Source of the DNA: a virus
Lineage: Duplodnaviria; Caudoviricetes
Strand: one strand, 5' to 3'
Virus record (IMG/VR): IMGVR_UViG_3300026258_000271
Span: 74,716 to 138,715 of that record
DNA: 64,000 bases
The notes under the pieces are model-generated. The model saw only the letters and a list, made by a program, of their open reading frames with translations. It was not told the DNA's origin and did no database searches. Positions 1 through 10,226 of this stretch are shown here, piece by piece. Position numbers and translations under genes: made by a program. Position 1 is the stretch's first letter. Each line of letters begins with the position of its first letter.

Positions 1-3000
1 AACGATCTTGTGTCCAAACTCTTGATTTGACGTTGCCGAATCTGGTGTCAGTATACGTAACTGTGTATAGGGATCTTGTTTTTCGTATACACGCCATAAG
101 CCTGAACTGTCAGCATCGGTGTATGCCTTATCGCCCTGCACTGCTAGTGAATCATTTTTATCTCTGAATACACTGTAATTTAATCTATCATTTACATTAT
201 CCATCGAAGACATCCTTACAGAAATAAATTTGTAGATGTTTCCGTAACTGTCTGCTGTGGAACCGTCTACCAACGTTGGTATAAACGATATGTTATCATC
301 ATATTCTATCTCAACTGTCTTGTGGTCAGGTGTGCTTTGTACTTTGAAAACTCTATTCAAAGATGTTGCTTCACTGTTTGAGATTGCAAAATAATCTGCT
401 TCTTGGCTTGGTGTGCCTGCGGACAATCCATGAGAGTCTGTGAAGGCAATTCTCAACTGTGTGCCACCTTCTGACGTGCTTAGGTTAGCAATCTTAAAGT
501 TTGCATTCGTTAGTCTGAATACGTCCCAATCTTTGTTCTCTTTGTTTGCAACCCATATCAAATCATTGTTTGTGATTGCATTCACATCCAAATTCAATAG
601 GTCTTCGATGTTAAATGCTGTGTGCTGAACCTGTTGCAACTGCGGATAGCCTGCAGTCTTGAATATCTGTGCAGTATCTTTATCTACACTTTCTTTGGTA
701 TAATCCAATCTTGAAAACGTCGAACTGGCTGTGTATTCCACAGGTTTACTGTAAAGGTCATCTTTCGTTACTGCAAGTGACCTCCCGTACTGTTTGGTCT
801 CAGATCCATTGTCCAACAACTCTATGCTTTGTGGATTTCCGTTCACCGCTGAATCTTGTAATGTAATCTGTATGCTTTCCTTACTGTCAACATTTCCAAA
901 CTCTCCGGTACGAACCATCCATTCAGGATAAAGGTCTAATGTAATGTCGGAATCTTCATATTTTGCCTTTAATAATTTGTCAATTGCATTCAATGTACCT
1001 TTTTGTCTGATGTACCCTTGATAGAACTTGTACTGTGATACATCATTCACAAACAAGTTTTCTAGATAATCTCTAGATTGATATCCTGTAAGTCTCTGTG
1101 CCAATTGCTCTTGTGATTCATCAAAATTGTTAGATTCTAGATCATAAAAAGTATTGAACTGAGAAATCTTGTAGTCAAAGTTTGGAATCAATTGAGGCGC
1201 TGGTTTTTGACTCTTCAATGTCCAGTAGTCTGAAACAAATTCATTTCCTGAATTGTGATTGACATTAGCCACATAAAACTTGGCTTGATATTCTATCGAG
1301 TCCCCAATTCTGTAGTCCGTGCCTGTGGTCCAACGTGTTACCTGTGCCGCATCAAAAATAAATCCTGGTGCATAGTAATCACCATTCCAGTTGCCCGTTT
1401 TCCAACCCACTAATTTTAATCTGGCCTGTCTGAATCCTGTGTATGCCTCGTAGATTATGTCTGAAAACACAGTGCTGTTATCAAATAATAAAATATGTTC
1501 TTTCTGGACTGTGTTCAAAGCAACATTGTATAGTCCGACATCTTCGGATTTAATCGATAGATCAAAAGTTTTTCCAATACGCTTGGTACTGAACTCCCGT
1601 ATATCTATCTTTCTACCTCCGGCATCTAGCAATGAATAATCGCCTGCAAGGTTTCTTAATTTACCCACAACAGTGTTGCTGGTGTCTAATTCAAATCCGT
1701 CCGCGGCAGGTGATACTGTGATTGCAGATCCGGGTGCCCATGTTTGTGTGGTCCAAAATAAAAATTCACGTACAGCGTTGCCCCAATTCAACACCTCTTT
1801 TATCTCGTTTGAATACTTGTTGAATTTGAATCCTTGTGTTTCTAGATAGTTGCCATAACCGAAAAGGAAATCTGCAACATCTTGTATTGTGTCAAACACG
1901 TAGCCATATGGTATAGTCTGCACAGTTTCCTGGAAGTTCGAATATTTTTTGACAACAGTGGAACCTCCCGCCTGGACTTTTCCATGGTTTGTCCCTTTTA
2001 CGGGATAATTGAATCTAAAGTAAGGCTTTGTTGTTGAATAACCTAAAATTTTGTAACCACCAACGTCAGTCACTGTTGATCCGTCCGTTGATGTTGTTGT
2101 GTCTGTGTTCTTTTCTATCAAAACACCTGAATATTCAAAACTTTCGACTGGGTTTGAGGTTCTAAATAGAATTTTGTAGTTCTCGTCTGGTATAAATTTA
2201 GAGCCAGATGTTGAACCTGGTGATACAGAGTCTGTAAGAACTTTTAAATTTTCCTTGTCCGTGAATCCACCTAACTTGTACGCTAGTTGCACATTCAATT
2301 TTTTCATCTTATCATAGTAGAAAGTTTTAGGATCTAAATTTTTTCCTATCAAATGATTAACAACAAAAACCTGATACCCTGCTGTTTGGTATCTAGTTGT
2401 GATGCCGGTATTATTGTCAGTCGATGTTTCTAGGTAATACTTGGCAGTGTTCAAAACAGTCCTAATTCCAGTATCAGAATAAATCTCATTGCCTGACACG
2501 TTTGTTGAGATCCTTGATGTGTCAAAGAATTTAGAGAAAAATTTTGCTGGTTTTGTTATTGCCAAAGTCTTGACAACAGTGAAAGGATAAGAACTAGATC
2601 TTCTCCATGCTGTCTCCGCCGGCGCCTGATCACCAAACTTCCAGGTTCGTGCTCGTCCGGGAACATCAAGATTGCTGATCAAACCTATTGCTAATGGGTC
2701 TAACAAGTTTCCTGATGCATCTACAGGAATGTAAGTTCTAATGCTTGGTTTGCCATACCTGCCTGGTTCCGTCGCTATTGCATTCCATAGTATGTCATTA
2801 CCCGCTGTGTACGGAGCAACACCGTAAGTGTCGTCCCAAGTGCTTGGTTTTTCAGAGTGTCCCAACATCTCCCATGGTCTGGTGTGTGGTGAATCCGTGT
2901 CATAAAAATATTTGTAGATACCTCTCCAGTAGCCTGGCAGTTTATTTTGGTTGAGCCTGTCTGTGCTGTTTGCATAATTGTATGTAAACGGTGATCCTTC

Positions 3001-6000
3001 TGAAAATACTGTGTTGTTGATATATTGCACATTGTTACGTCCTGCCCAGTTGTAAAAATCTGGACCCATTATATCATCTATTTCACTGAAACTGTACTCA
3101 GTTGAGGTGAATGCACTAGGCATCACTTCCGACACATCCAATAATGTGTTATCATATTCTACTTTACAGTTGTTGTAAATTCTTTTCTCTAACTCTAAAA
3201 TCAAATCATCTCGTTCATCGCCGTAGGCTTTTATTATAGAACCGTCGTGTCTTCTGATAGCATTTGTAGTTGTGATGTATGTGTTATCGCTGAAAAGTTC
3301 TGGTTTGAACTTAGGATACATTCCAAGTTTAGTTGGACTAGATGGCAAATAACTTCCAGTGGTGTCACTGTAATCTTTGATTTTTAATATATCTCCAACG
3401 GCAACAGTTGTTGAAAGTGTGATACTGTCATCTTCAGTGCTGAATGTATATTCTGATCCATGAACCAGTTGCACATCATTTTTGTAAACGTAAACTGCTC
3501 TGTTGCTCAATGTTGTTAAGTTGTGTTGTGAATCTAGGGCAAATTCTTTTTGAGATGTTCCCTGCACTGTGATTGTTCTTGTTGAAACATTTTCACCCCA
3601 ACCAATCATATCGTCGTAATAGAAAGGAAAACTGCTGTTCTTGCCTAGGTTAATCGCTGATATTATTTCGTCAACTCTGTCAGCAGGCACGCCTTCGTAC
3701 GCTGAACCTGTTGCATGTGTCAAGAAAGAATTGTACCATTTTTCGTACTCTCGGTTAACATAATCAATGGCCGTAATTGCATTTGCCTCTTGGTCCGTCA
3801 AATTGAATATCGCAGGTACCAAGGACGCTTCGTGTTGTACGATGGTACCACCGTTGAGTCTGCTGTCAGGCTTGTCCCTGAGGTTTGTTACTCCGGGAAT
3901 TGCACCAGTGACATCTGTATTCTTTTCTAAAATATCCGTTGTGTGTTTCAAAATCTGACCATAAGTGAAAGTGCCAACTGTTGAATTCAGTGCATTGATA
4001 GATAAATTTTCAGGCACCTCGTAAATTCCTTTGCCGGCAACCTTGTTAGCACTGCTGTAACCAGCAATCCTAATTTGATCATTCACTTTCAATTCATCCA
4101 CAAATCTCACATATTTGTTCGTGGAACCATCTACTAGTGTGTAATCTGTTGTAAGTGATTTTTGAACACCGTTTACACTTACGGAAATTTCGAGATCGGT
4201 AAGTGATGCCGAATTTTCATAGAAGTCTATTGGAAAAAGTCTCTTCTCGGTAGCATCAACAATAGCCGTCCTTATGACACGCTGTTTAGATTCACTTGTA
4301 CGTTTTATCCATGCACTTTTATTATTGTGAGATTGCAAACTTGTTGTGTAGTGTAGATGACCTTCTGCTTGATCCTTGGTTTTTGTCGTACCATCTTGCT
4401 GATATGTAAATGTTCCTGCTGTGTGATCCGACTCGAATACAATATCTCCAACATTGTTAATTGTGTTGTATTTTACTTTGATGCCAAGCACAGTGTCCGT
4501 TGTCGCTGTATCTGAAGTCGCGTATGCAAAAATCTTTGCACCTGTGAACGTTGAGTTTGGATAGGTTGTTGCATCATCAAACAGCACGTGGTTGTTGTCG
4601 TAAAGATTGAACAAAGGCTGTTGGTTTAATTTTGTTTTCTGTTGTGTTGCCACCCATAGTGTACTTGCTTCATCGTAGTAATACGAATTTCCTTTATTTT
4701 CGGTGCCTTGTTTCACAAAAATGTTTTCTTTATCTTGCGCCGTACCATTTACCTCTTCTGTCAGTGTCAATGACAACACTGATGAATCACCAGCATCCAC
4801 AAAGTTTGCAACGTATATTTTATTTCTTACCAATGGATCTGTGTCAGCAGAGAAAACCACACGCATACCGTCCGTGATTGCCACGCCGTCGATTATGTAA
4901 CCAAATGTTCCAGAAACGTTACTCATCGCATCTTTCTGTGTTGTGTCAAACAAGTCCACAGGTGTCTTTGCAACTGTTCCTGAATTGTATAACGCAAGTC
5001 CTGAATCGAATTCTATAATCGGTCTTTTGGCACGAGCAGTTTCGTCTAATGCTGTTGTTGTTCCGTTGATAGCATTGGCTCTTTCTATCACAGACCTATG
5101 GAACCATCTGTTGTATCTAGTCCATGCATTCAAATCCCTAGAATCTCTCTTGATTGTGATGTAGTCCTTGTCCACCGGAACACCATCGTCTGCATAACTT
5201 TCGGGTGTTGCCAGGTTTGACACATCAGTAATTGTTATTGCATCTCCTACACCTTCAACATAATATTCTTTTCCTTGATAAGCACTGGCCACTTTGCTTG
5301 AAGTGAATTTGATCTTCATGCCGTTTGACAGTTGTAGGTTACGCAATTTGTAATTTTTCGTTCCTACTATATCATCCTCTACATCAATATTTGTAGTACT
5401 TGCAACAGTGTGAATGTTTATCAGTCCGTACATGTTCTCATGATTTCCACACTGATAATACAACTTGTTTGGTGCATTGTTTGGAATAACAAACGTGACT
5501 GTTCCTTCACTGGCTCCATTATTTGTAACACCTGATGTGTACAAAGTCGAAGACGAACCATCCGATGCCACTTGATCCTTTCTTGGTTCTGTCATTATGT
5601 AGAACGGATGTCCTTTTGCGTTCACTTTGAATTTGTATGTGTTGCCCCTGTAAAGTATAAGTTCTGAATTCCTCTCATTGCCTAGATGTGGGAAATGCCA
5701 GGCTTTGCCAGAACTTCCGTCGTCCGGCAATGCTTTCACATCGTATTCTGCTTCCGCACCTGTGCCGGCAGAGTCTATTTCTATGCAGTCAGGTCCGTTA
5801 CTCAACCAATAGTATTCCCTGTAATTGATCAATTTGTCTAAATCTACTGCTGGGTTCCAACTGTAAACATTGCCTTTGTTGAGCCTGTCGTGGTTGTTTA
5901 CCTTTCCTCCTAGGTACTTGATCTGATTAAGATAATCATCGTATGTGCCTGTGAACTTTACTTGGTCTTCTGGGTTGACTGAAGTTGTGTCTTTGTCTGT

Positions 6001-6285
6001 ATAAGTTACAGCAGGTTCTAGTTGATAGGTATATCTATCAGCACTTGTGGCAGTCAGATATCTGTCAGTCACTTTTCTTGTGTATGCGTCTTGTCTGCCT
6101 ACAAATCCGTCCAATCTCTCCAACGAACCTTTTTGCACCAACGGATCCAAAGTGCTTGACAGGAATCTTTGGTTTGAATCAGTTCTGTAGAATGAGGGTA
6201 GATGTTGAACAGTTCTTCTGTATTCGTTGTTGCCCTGTTTTACAACTTCTTCGTTTGTTGTTGAGTTAGTAGGTGTGTCAGCCAT
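1..6285 (-). CDS. Giant baseplate wedge protein (gp7-like), >2095 aa, 3' end outside the window
   Basis: Not in the ORF track because its stop is outside the window. The ATG at 6285 overlaps the gp6 stop (TAATG) and reads MADTPTNSTTNEEVVKQGNNEYRRTVQHLPSFYRTDSNQRFLSSTLDPLVQKG. The same frame is open at the left edge (...LWRVYEKQDPYTQLRILTPDSATSNQEFGHKIV). I checked both ends and internal spots, not every codon. The N-terminal LP-x-F-Y-R motif and the position right after gp6 fit gp7-like wedge proteins. Confidence 0.75.
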   Translation of the reverse strand, partial: MADTPTNSTTNEEVVKQGNNEYRRTVQHLPSFYRTDSNQRFLSSTLDPLVQKGSLERLDGFVGRQDAYTRKVTDRYLTATSADRYTYQLEPAVTYTDKDTTSVNPEDQVKFTGTYDDYLNQIKYLGGKVNNHDRLNKGNVYSWNPAVDLDKLINYREYYWLSNGPDCIEIDSAGTGAEAEYDVKALPDDGSSGKAWHFPHLGNERNSELILYRGNTYKFKVNAKGHPFYIMTEPRKDQVASDGSSSTLYTSGVTNNGASEGTVTFVIPNNAPNKLYYQCGNHENMYGLINIHTVASTTNIDVEDDIVGTKNYKLRNLQLSNGMKIKFTSSKVASAYQGKEYYVEGVGDAITITDVSNLATPESYADDGVPVDKDYITIKRDSRDLNAWTRYNRWFHRSVIERANAINGTTTALDETARAKRPIIEFDSGLALYNSGTVAKTPVDLFDTTQKDAMSNVSGTFGYIIDGVAITDGMRVVFSADTDPLVRNKIYVANFVDAGDSSVLSLTLTEEVNGTAQDKENIFVKQGTENKGNSYYYDEASTLWVATQQKTKLNQQPLFNLYDNNHVLFDDATTYPNSTFTGAKIFAYATSDTATTDTVLGIKVKYNTINNVGDIVFESDHTAGTFTYQQDGTTKTKDQAEGHLHYTTSLQSHNNKSAWIKRTSESKQRVIRTAIVDATEKRLFPIDFYENSASLTDLEISVSVNGVQKSLTTDYTLVDGSTNKYVRFVDELKVNDQIRIAGYSSANKVAGKGIYEVPENLSINALNSTVGTFTYGQILKHTTDILEKNTDVTGAIPGVTNLRDKPDSRLNGGTIVQHEASLVPAIFNLTDQEANAITAIDYVNREYEKWYNSFLTHATGSAYEGVPADRVDEIISAINLGKNSSFPFYYDDMIGWGENVSTRTITVQGTSQKEFALDSQHNLTTLSNRAVYVYKNDVQLVHGSEYTFSTEDDSITLSTTVAVGDILKIKDYSDTTGSYLPSSPTKLGMYPKFKPELFSDNTYITTTNAIRRHDGSIIKAYGDERDDLILELEKRIYNNCKVEYDNTLLDVSEVMPSAFTSTEYSFSEIDDIMGPDFYNWAGRNNVQYINNTVFSEGSPFTYNYANSTDRLNQNKLPGYWRGIYKYFYDTDSPHTRPWEMLGHSEKPSTWDDTYGVAPYTAGNDILWNAIATEPGRYGKPSIRTYIPVDASGNLLDPLAIGLISNLDVPGRARTWKFGDQAPAETAWRRSSSYPFTVVKTLAITKPAKFFSKFFDTSRISTNVSGNEIYSDTGIRTVLNTAKYYLETSTDNNTGITTRYQTAGYQVFVVNHLIGKNLDPKTFYYDKMKKLNVQLAYKLGGFTDKENLKVLTDSVSPGSTSGSKFIPDENYKILFRTSNPVESFEYSGVLIEKNTDTTTSTDGSTVTDVGGYKILGYSTTKPYFRFNYPVKGTNHGKVQAGGSTVVKKYSNFQETVQTIPYGYVFDTIQDVADFLFGYGNYLETQGFKFNKYSNEIKEVLNWGNAVREFLFWTTQTWAPGSAITVSPAADGFELDTSNTVVGKLRNLAGDYSLLDAGGRKIDIREFSTKRIGKTFDLSIKSEDVGLYNVALNTVQKEHILLFDNSTVFSDIIYEAYTGFRQARLKLVGWKTGNWNGDYYAPGFIFDAAQVTRWTTGTDYRIGDSIEYQAKFYVANVNHNSGNEFVSDYWTLKSQKPAPQLIPNFDYKISQFNTFYDLESNNFDESQEQLAQRLTGYQSRDYLENLFVNDVSQYKFYQGYIRQKGTLNAIDKLLKAKYEDSDITLDLYPEWMVRTGEFGNVDSKESIQITLQDSAVNGNPQSIELLDNGSETKQYGRSLAVTKDDLYSKPVEYTASSTFSRLDYTKESVDKDTAQIFKTAGYPQLQQVQHTAFNIEDLLNLDVNAITNNDLIWVANKENKDWDVFRLTNANFKIANLSTSEGGTQLRIAFTDSHGLSAGTPSQEADYFAISNSEATSLNRVFKVQSTPDHKTVEIEYDDNISFIPTLVDGSTADSYGNIYKFISVRMSSMDNVNDRLNYSVFRDKNDSLAVQGDKAYTDADSSGLWRVYEKQDPYTQLRILTPDSATSNQEFGHKIV

Positions 6286-9200
6286 TAATATCCTGCCCCA
6301 CTACTGCCAGTTGATGAACTGGAACCTGTTGTAGTAGAGCCTGATACTGCTGATCCTGTTGTGGTGTTCGACGTGGCAGTTGATGTTGATGTTACAACAG
6401 TGCCAGATGCCTCCAATTGGTTGGCTCCTAGTGCTGTTATAATCGACACATCATCAACGGTGGCCCCACTGATGAAAATTTCGTCTGCCGCCGAATTGAT
6501 CTGAAACAGAGAACCAAAAACTTGTCCTTGTTCATTAGGCACTATCACTACTGTAAGCAAGTCTGGTGCCAACTGATTGTGTATATACGCGGCTAATTCT
6601 GTAAAGTAAAATGCATCTCCAAAGTCCCAATTATCCAACGCAAAAAATTCATTGATTGCGGCTATAACCCTTGTCTTGATCACTGCGTCAGATACTTTAG
6701 TTTGTGAGTTCTTCACAACTTTGAAAGTTGCCTGCAGTTGTTCTTCTGCATTTTTGCCAAATAAAATTTTGTATTTTACCGGATGGTATATTATTTGGTC
6801 GGACAACGATTTCAAAGGATTCAAAATTCCTGAATAGTTTATTCTCAACTGATCTGATGTTGATGCAGAAGGTTTTGTTCCGCCGTCCTGTAACCAAATC
6901 CTAAATCTGTTATCATATGTTCGTTCTAGCAAGTATGTGTCAACAATGTTAGACACGCTAGGATCTATTCTTGTTTCTTGTCCTGCATGATGCTTGTATT
7001 GGAAGTCTATGGAACTTCTACCTTTCCTTGCATAATAATCTGTTGTTGTTGCCATAGTGTTTGTTGAAAGTGTGTATTTCTTAATAACATCCTCACTGGT
7101 ATCATAAAAATAAAATAATTGTCCATCAGTGTAAGTGGCAGTGTTTAGGTCTATATCTGTTTCGTTTTGTGTCACAACAAAATTTGTTGCGGCATACGGT
7201 CTGAATCTTTCGATACTGTCATAAGATAGATATTTTTCATAAAAAACAAATTTTGTCGATTCCGCTGTGCTAGGTTCTATGAATATGTCGAACAGTTCCG
7301 GATTGTCAACAACACCGTCATCATCATCATCGAGGAATCCAACCTTCACTTTTCTGTTATCTTGATATCCATCTGCCTCTTTTACAGTGTCAACAACTTG
7401 CCACAGCAACGGATATCCTATTGCGTTTCCTGTTGAAACAATGCTATTTGTTTTTAAAATTTTTACTGTGTCTTTGACTGTCTTACCAGTTTTATAATCG
7501 TAGATTTTTTCATCTAGATCGAAGTGAAACTTGTTCTGTGATTCTGATTCAAAAATGTATTCTAGTGATCTGTAATGCACAGTATAGGTGTTTCCGTCAT
7601 TTGTAAATTTAAACCAATGACTAGCATCTTTATTTGTGCCGGAAGTGTTTCCTTGATTGGTAAGGCTGAATGCTGTGCTAGAACTTAAATTTGTTGATGT
7701 GATAACTTTCCATGACTGAGACTCAATATCGTATCTTAGACCAAATTCTTCAAACGCTTCGATTCTGTCGATAATGTCTGCTTCAAGAGTTGCCGAAAAC
7801 GAGGTTGTAAAAGTTGGTATAACAACACTCACAACTGATCCATTTGGAATAATACCATTCAGTGTTATTGGACCTAAACCTGATGATAGATTTCCTGTTC
7901 CGGAGTTGCTTCCGTCTCCCACTACACCTGATATCTTTGCCCACTGTCTATCTTCTGCGTTTTCTGTGCCGGCCGTAACTAATTTGTTGTTTAAAAATTC
8001 TCTGGTGTCTGGAGATGTAAATTTAACTAATGCTCCTGTTTTTACATATTTCAAATTTGATGTTGCAGAATCACCCACTGCCAATGCACCACCTGACGTG
8101 AAATATCCAGTGTTTGTATTTGTTGTTGTGGTAGTCGAGTTCCATGTTGCTGTCAATGATGACAGGTCCTGCGTACTATATTTTTCATAATAGAAATGTC
8201 GAGAATATGCAGTTTTTAATTTTGCTTCTATACTTGTATTGAGCGTAGATTGAATATCGCTTCTGTTATTAAAACTGAAAGTGAATGAAGGATTGCTTTC
8301 TTCTCTATACAATATTCCGTCCTCTGCAAACACATTCACGTTTGAATACGCACCTGTTGGATCTAGTATTTCTTTTGCCCTGCTGATTCCTGATGCTGAT
8401 CTGTTCACTGATCTTGTTTTGACTATCTCTTGCGATGCACTCAAAGGTACCACTTGGTAGTCCTCTGCTGTGATCATTCTGTCCTGAGAGTAGTATACCT
8501 GTCCTGCTTTTTCCCTAATAGAAGCATTAGACTCTGTTGCTGAAGCATTGTATATTGAACCTTTAAGACTCATTGTGATTGTTAGACTTTGATTGGCCCC
8601 GTTTGCGTCAACATATGGAACATCTATTTGAATGTTCTGCATGTCAGCAGGTTGTAAGGCGTACTTGGCATTGTCACTGACTCTGTAGTATGCTCTGAAA
8701 GATCCTAGAGGTAAGTTTGAAAAGTTTCCGTCTCCAAAAACAAGATCTACTGTGTCATTGTTTTTAGTGACAACATTGTAAATGTCTCTAACACTTTTTG
8801 ATAATGAATTGTAGATTGCATTGTTTCCCGTAAGTGAAGGGACCTTTGTCCATTCCTGTTCAATCTGCCCAAATTGGTCTATTCCATACAGCCACACATC
8901 TGAATCATTGATGTTCTCAACTGAAATAGATTTCACATAATTTGTCACTGCATTGTTTACTGTGAAATCATCATTCCGTAAAGTGCCCTGTTTGAATAAG
9001 AAGAAAAATCCTGTGCTGTTTGAACTGTCACCAGAACCGTCGTTTCTGTAAACATACGTCAGGCCTGTGCCCTCTATTGGTGCAGTCTCATAGATTGATT
9101 CACTGTCACTAATTGCAGACGATACAATCTCAAAATCCCTGGCAATACCACCTACAGTTTTTGAAAAATTAAAAATAGGCAATCCATTTTGATTGGATGC

Positions 9201-9767
9201 AAATGTGTACAATTCTGTGTCAACTCCTCCAATGGTATCTTTGTCTCTGGGTTTGCCAAAAATTTGTCCAGTTTGATTCGCCGCATTCATTATCGCCGTG
9301 AACTGTTCTCTGTAATTAGAATTTGCTGAATCGTTCCATATTATAGTTGAGTTTGCAAGATTTGTGCCTGTTGAATCTCTCACATCTTGTGTTGTTGATA
9401 TTGCATCAATCTTCAGAAGTCCAGTTGCGGGTTTGTTTCTTTTGGCGTTGTAATTTATAAGTCTTGCTAATCTTAAAACAGAGTTTCTTCTCTCTGCTGT
9501 CTCTAGGAAATTTTCTCTTGCATTGAGGTCAACTCTGAAACTTAAAGCCTGTGCGATGTAGGCAATAAGATCTATAAGTGCAACATACTCAGAACTCTCT
9601 ACAAAATCATTGAAATCATCTGGATAGTTCTCCTGTAGATATGCTACCATTGTTCTTCTCAATGTTTCAAAATCGTATGATTTGAAATCTGCCTGTTGGA
9701 AAGCCTGGTAGATCTTTCTCCAATCTTCCGCTACAAGTAATCTGTTCTGTCTATCTGTTGTGGCCAT
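6285..9767 (-). CDS. gp6: Baseplate wedge subunit (gp6-like)
   Basis: 1160 aa with gp6 motifs DFETLR, ENFLETAERRNSVLRLARLINY, LVFGDG, ESNASIR and QDRMITAEDY; lies downstream of gp25. Confidence 0.9.
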   Translation of the reverse strand: MATTDRQNRLLVAEDWRKIYQAFQQADFKSYDFETLRRTMVAYLQENYPDDFNDFVESSEYVALIDLIAYIAQALSFRVDLNARENFLETAERRNSVLRLARLINYNAKRNKPATGLLKIDAISTTQDVRDSTGTNLANSTIIWNDSANSNYREQFTAIMNAANQTGQIFGKPRDKDTIGGVDTELYTFASNQNGLPIFNFSKTVGGIARDFEIVSSAISDSESIYETAPIEGTGLTYVYRNDGSGDSSNSTGFFFLFKQGTLRNDDFTVNNAVTNYVKSISVENINDSDVWLYGIDQFGQIEQEWTKVPSLTGNNAIYNSLSKSVRDIYNVVTKNNDTVDLVFGDGNFSNLPLGSFRAYYRVSDNAKYALQPADMQNIQIDVPYVDANGANQSLTITMSLKGSIYNASATESNASIREKAGQVYYSQDRMITAEDYQVVPLSASQEIVKTRSVNRSASGISRAKEILDPTGAYSNVNVFAEDGILYREESNPSFTFSFNNRSDIQSTLNTSIEAKLKTAYSRHFYYEKYSTQDLSSLTATWNSTTTTTNTNTGYFTSGGALAVGDSATSNLKYVKTGALVKFTSPDTREFLNNKLVTAGTENAEDRQWAKISGVVGDGSNSGTGNLSSGLGPITLNGIIPNGSVVSVVIPTFTTSFSATLEADIIDRIEAFEEFGLRYDIESQSWKVITSTNLSSSTAFSLTNQGNTSGTNKDASHWFKFTNDGNTYTVHYRSLEYIFESESQNKFHFDLDEKIYDYKTGKTVKDTVKILKTNSIVSTGNAIGYPLLWQVVDTVKEADGYQDNRKVKVGFLDDDDDGVVDNPELFDIFIEPSTAESTKFVFYEKYLSYDSIERFRPYAATNFVVTQNETDIDLNTATYTDGQLFYFYDTSEDVIKKYTLSTNTMATTTDYYARKGRSSIDFQYKHHAGQETRIDPSVSNIVDTYLLERTYDNRFRIWLQDGGTKPSASTSDQLRINYSGILNPLKSLSDQIIYHPVKYKILFGKNAEEQLQATFKVVKNSQTKVSDAVIKTRVIAAINEFFALDNWDFGDAFYFTELAAYIHNQLAPDLLTVVIVPNEQGQVFGSLFQINSAADEIFISGATVDDVSIITALGANQLEASGTVVTSTSTATSNTTTGSAVSGSTTTGSSSSTGSSGAGY

Positions 9768-9781
9768 TGTAATTACAATGG

Positions 9782-9789
9782 TATTTATA
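9782..9789 (-). promoter_or_regulatory. T4-type late promoter TATAAATA for gp6
   Basis: Forward-strand TATTTATA is the reverse complement of the gp55 consensus TATAAATA, 14 nt upstream of the gp6 ATG. Confidence 0.7.
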
Positions 9790-9809
9790 TGTTAGGAAAT
9801 GTGCGTATA

Positions 9810-10226
9810 TTAAGATAGACGCAATAGTGCGTTCTCATCGAAATTGAATCGTAGTTTCTCTGTGATGTTTAATGGCACATAAGTGATAGTGGCCTGTATT
9901 GCAATGCCTTTGTCCGCTTCTGAGACCAGTATATCCTCTGTGGATAGTCTTGGATCAGCGTTGAGATTCGCTGTGATGTCATCTATGATTGCTTCTTTCA
10001 ATTGCTCGGTAAATGGCTCAAATATGGCGTCATATATTATCGTGCCAAATTCAGGGTTTTCAACACGTTCGCCCTTTCTCACACTCAATCTGTTGATCAG
10101 GTCCTGTTTCGCCACTTCGAAGTCGTAAATTTTGAAGTTCTGCTTGTCAGCACGTGAACTGAAACCTTTGAACGTAACAGATTTGTTAGATGTGTTGTTT
10201 GCTGATCCTCCGTCTCCGTATGCCAT
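9810..10226 (-). CDS. gp25: Baseplate wedge subunit (gp25-like)
   Basis: 138 aa with the gp25 signature KQDLINRLSVRKGERVENPEFGTIIYDAIFEP. Confidence 0.9.
   Translation of the reverse strand: MAYGDGGSANNTSNKSVTFKGFSSRADKQNFKIYDFEVAKQDLINRLSVRKGERVENPEFGTIIYDAIFEPFTEQLKEAIIDDITANLNADPRLSTEDILVSEADKGIAIQATITYVPLNITEKLRFNFDENALLRLS

Noticed and set aside
440-6269. Short ORFs listed in the track over 1-6285
   Set aside because: They are antisense or off-frame shadows of the giant minus-strand wedge gene, which the track omits because its stop lies outside the window.
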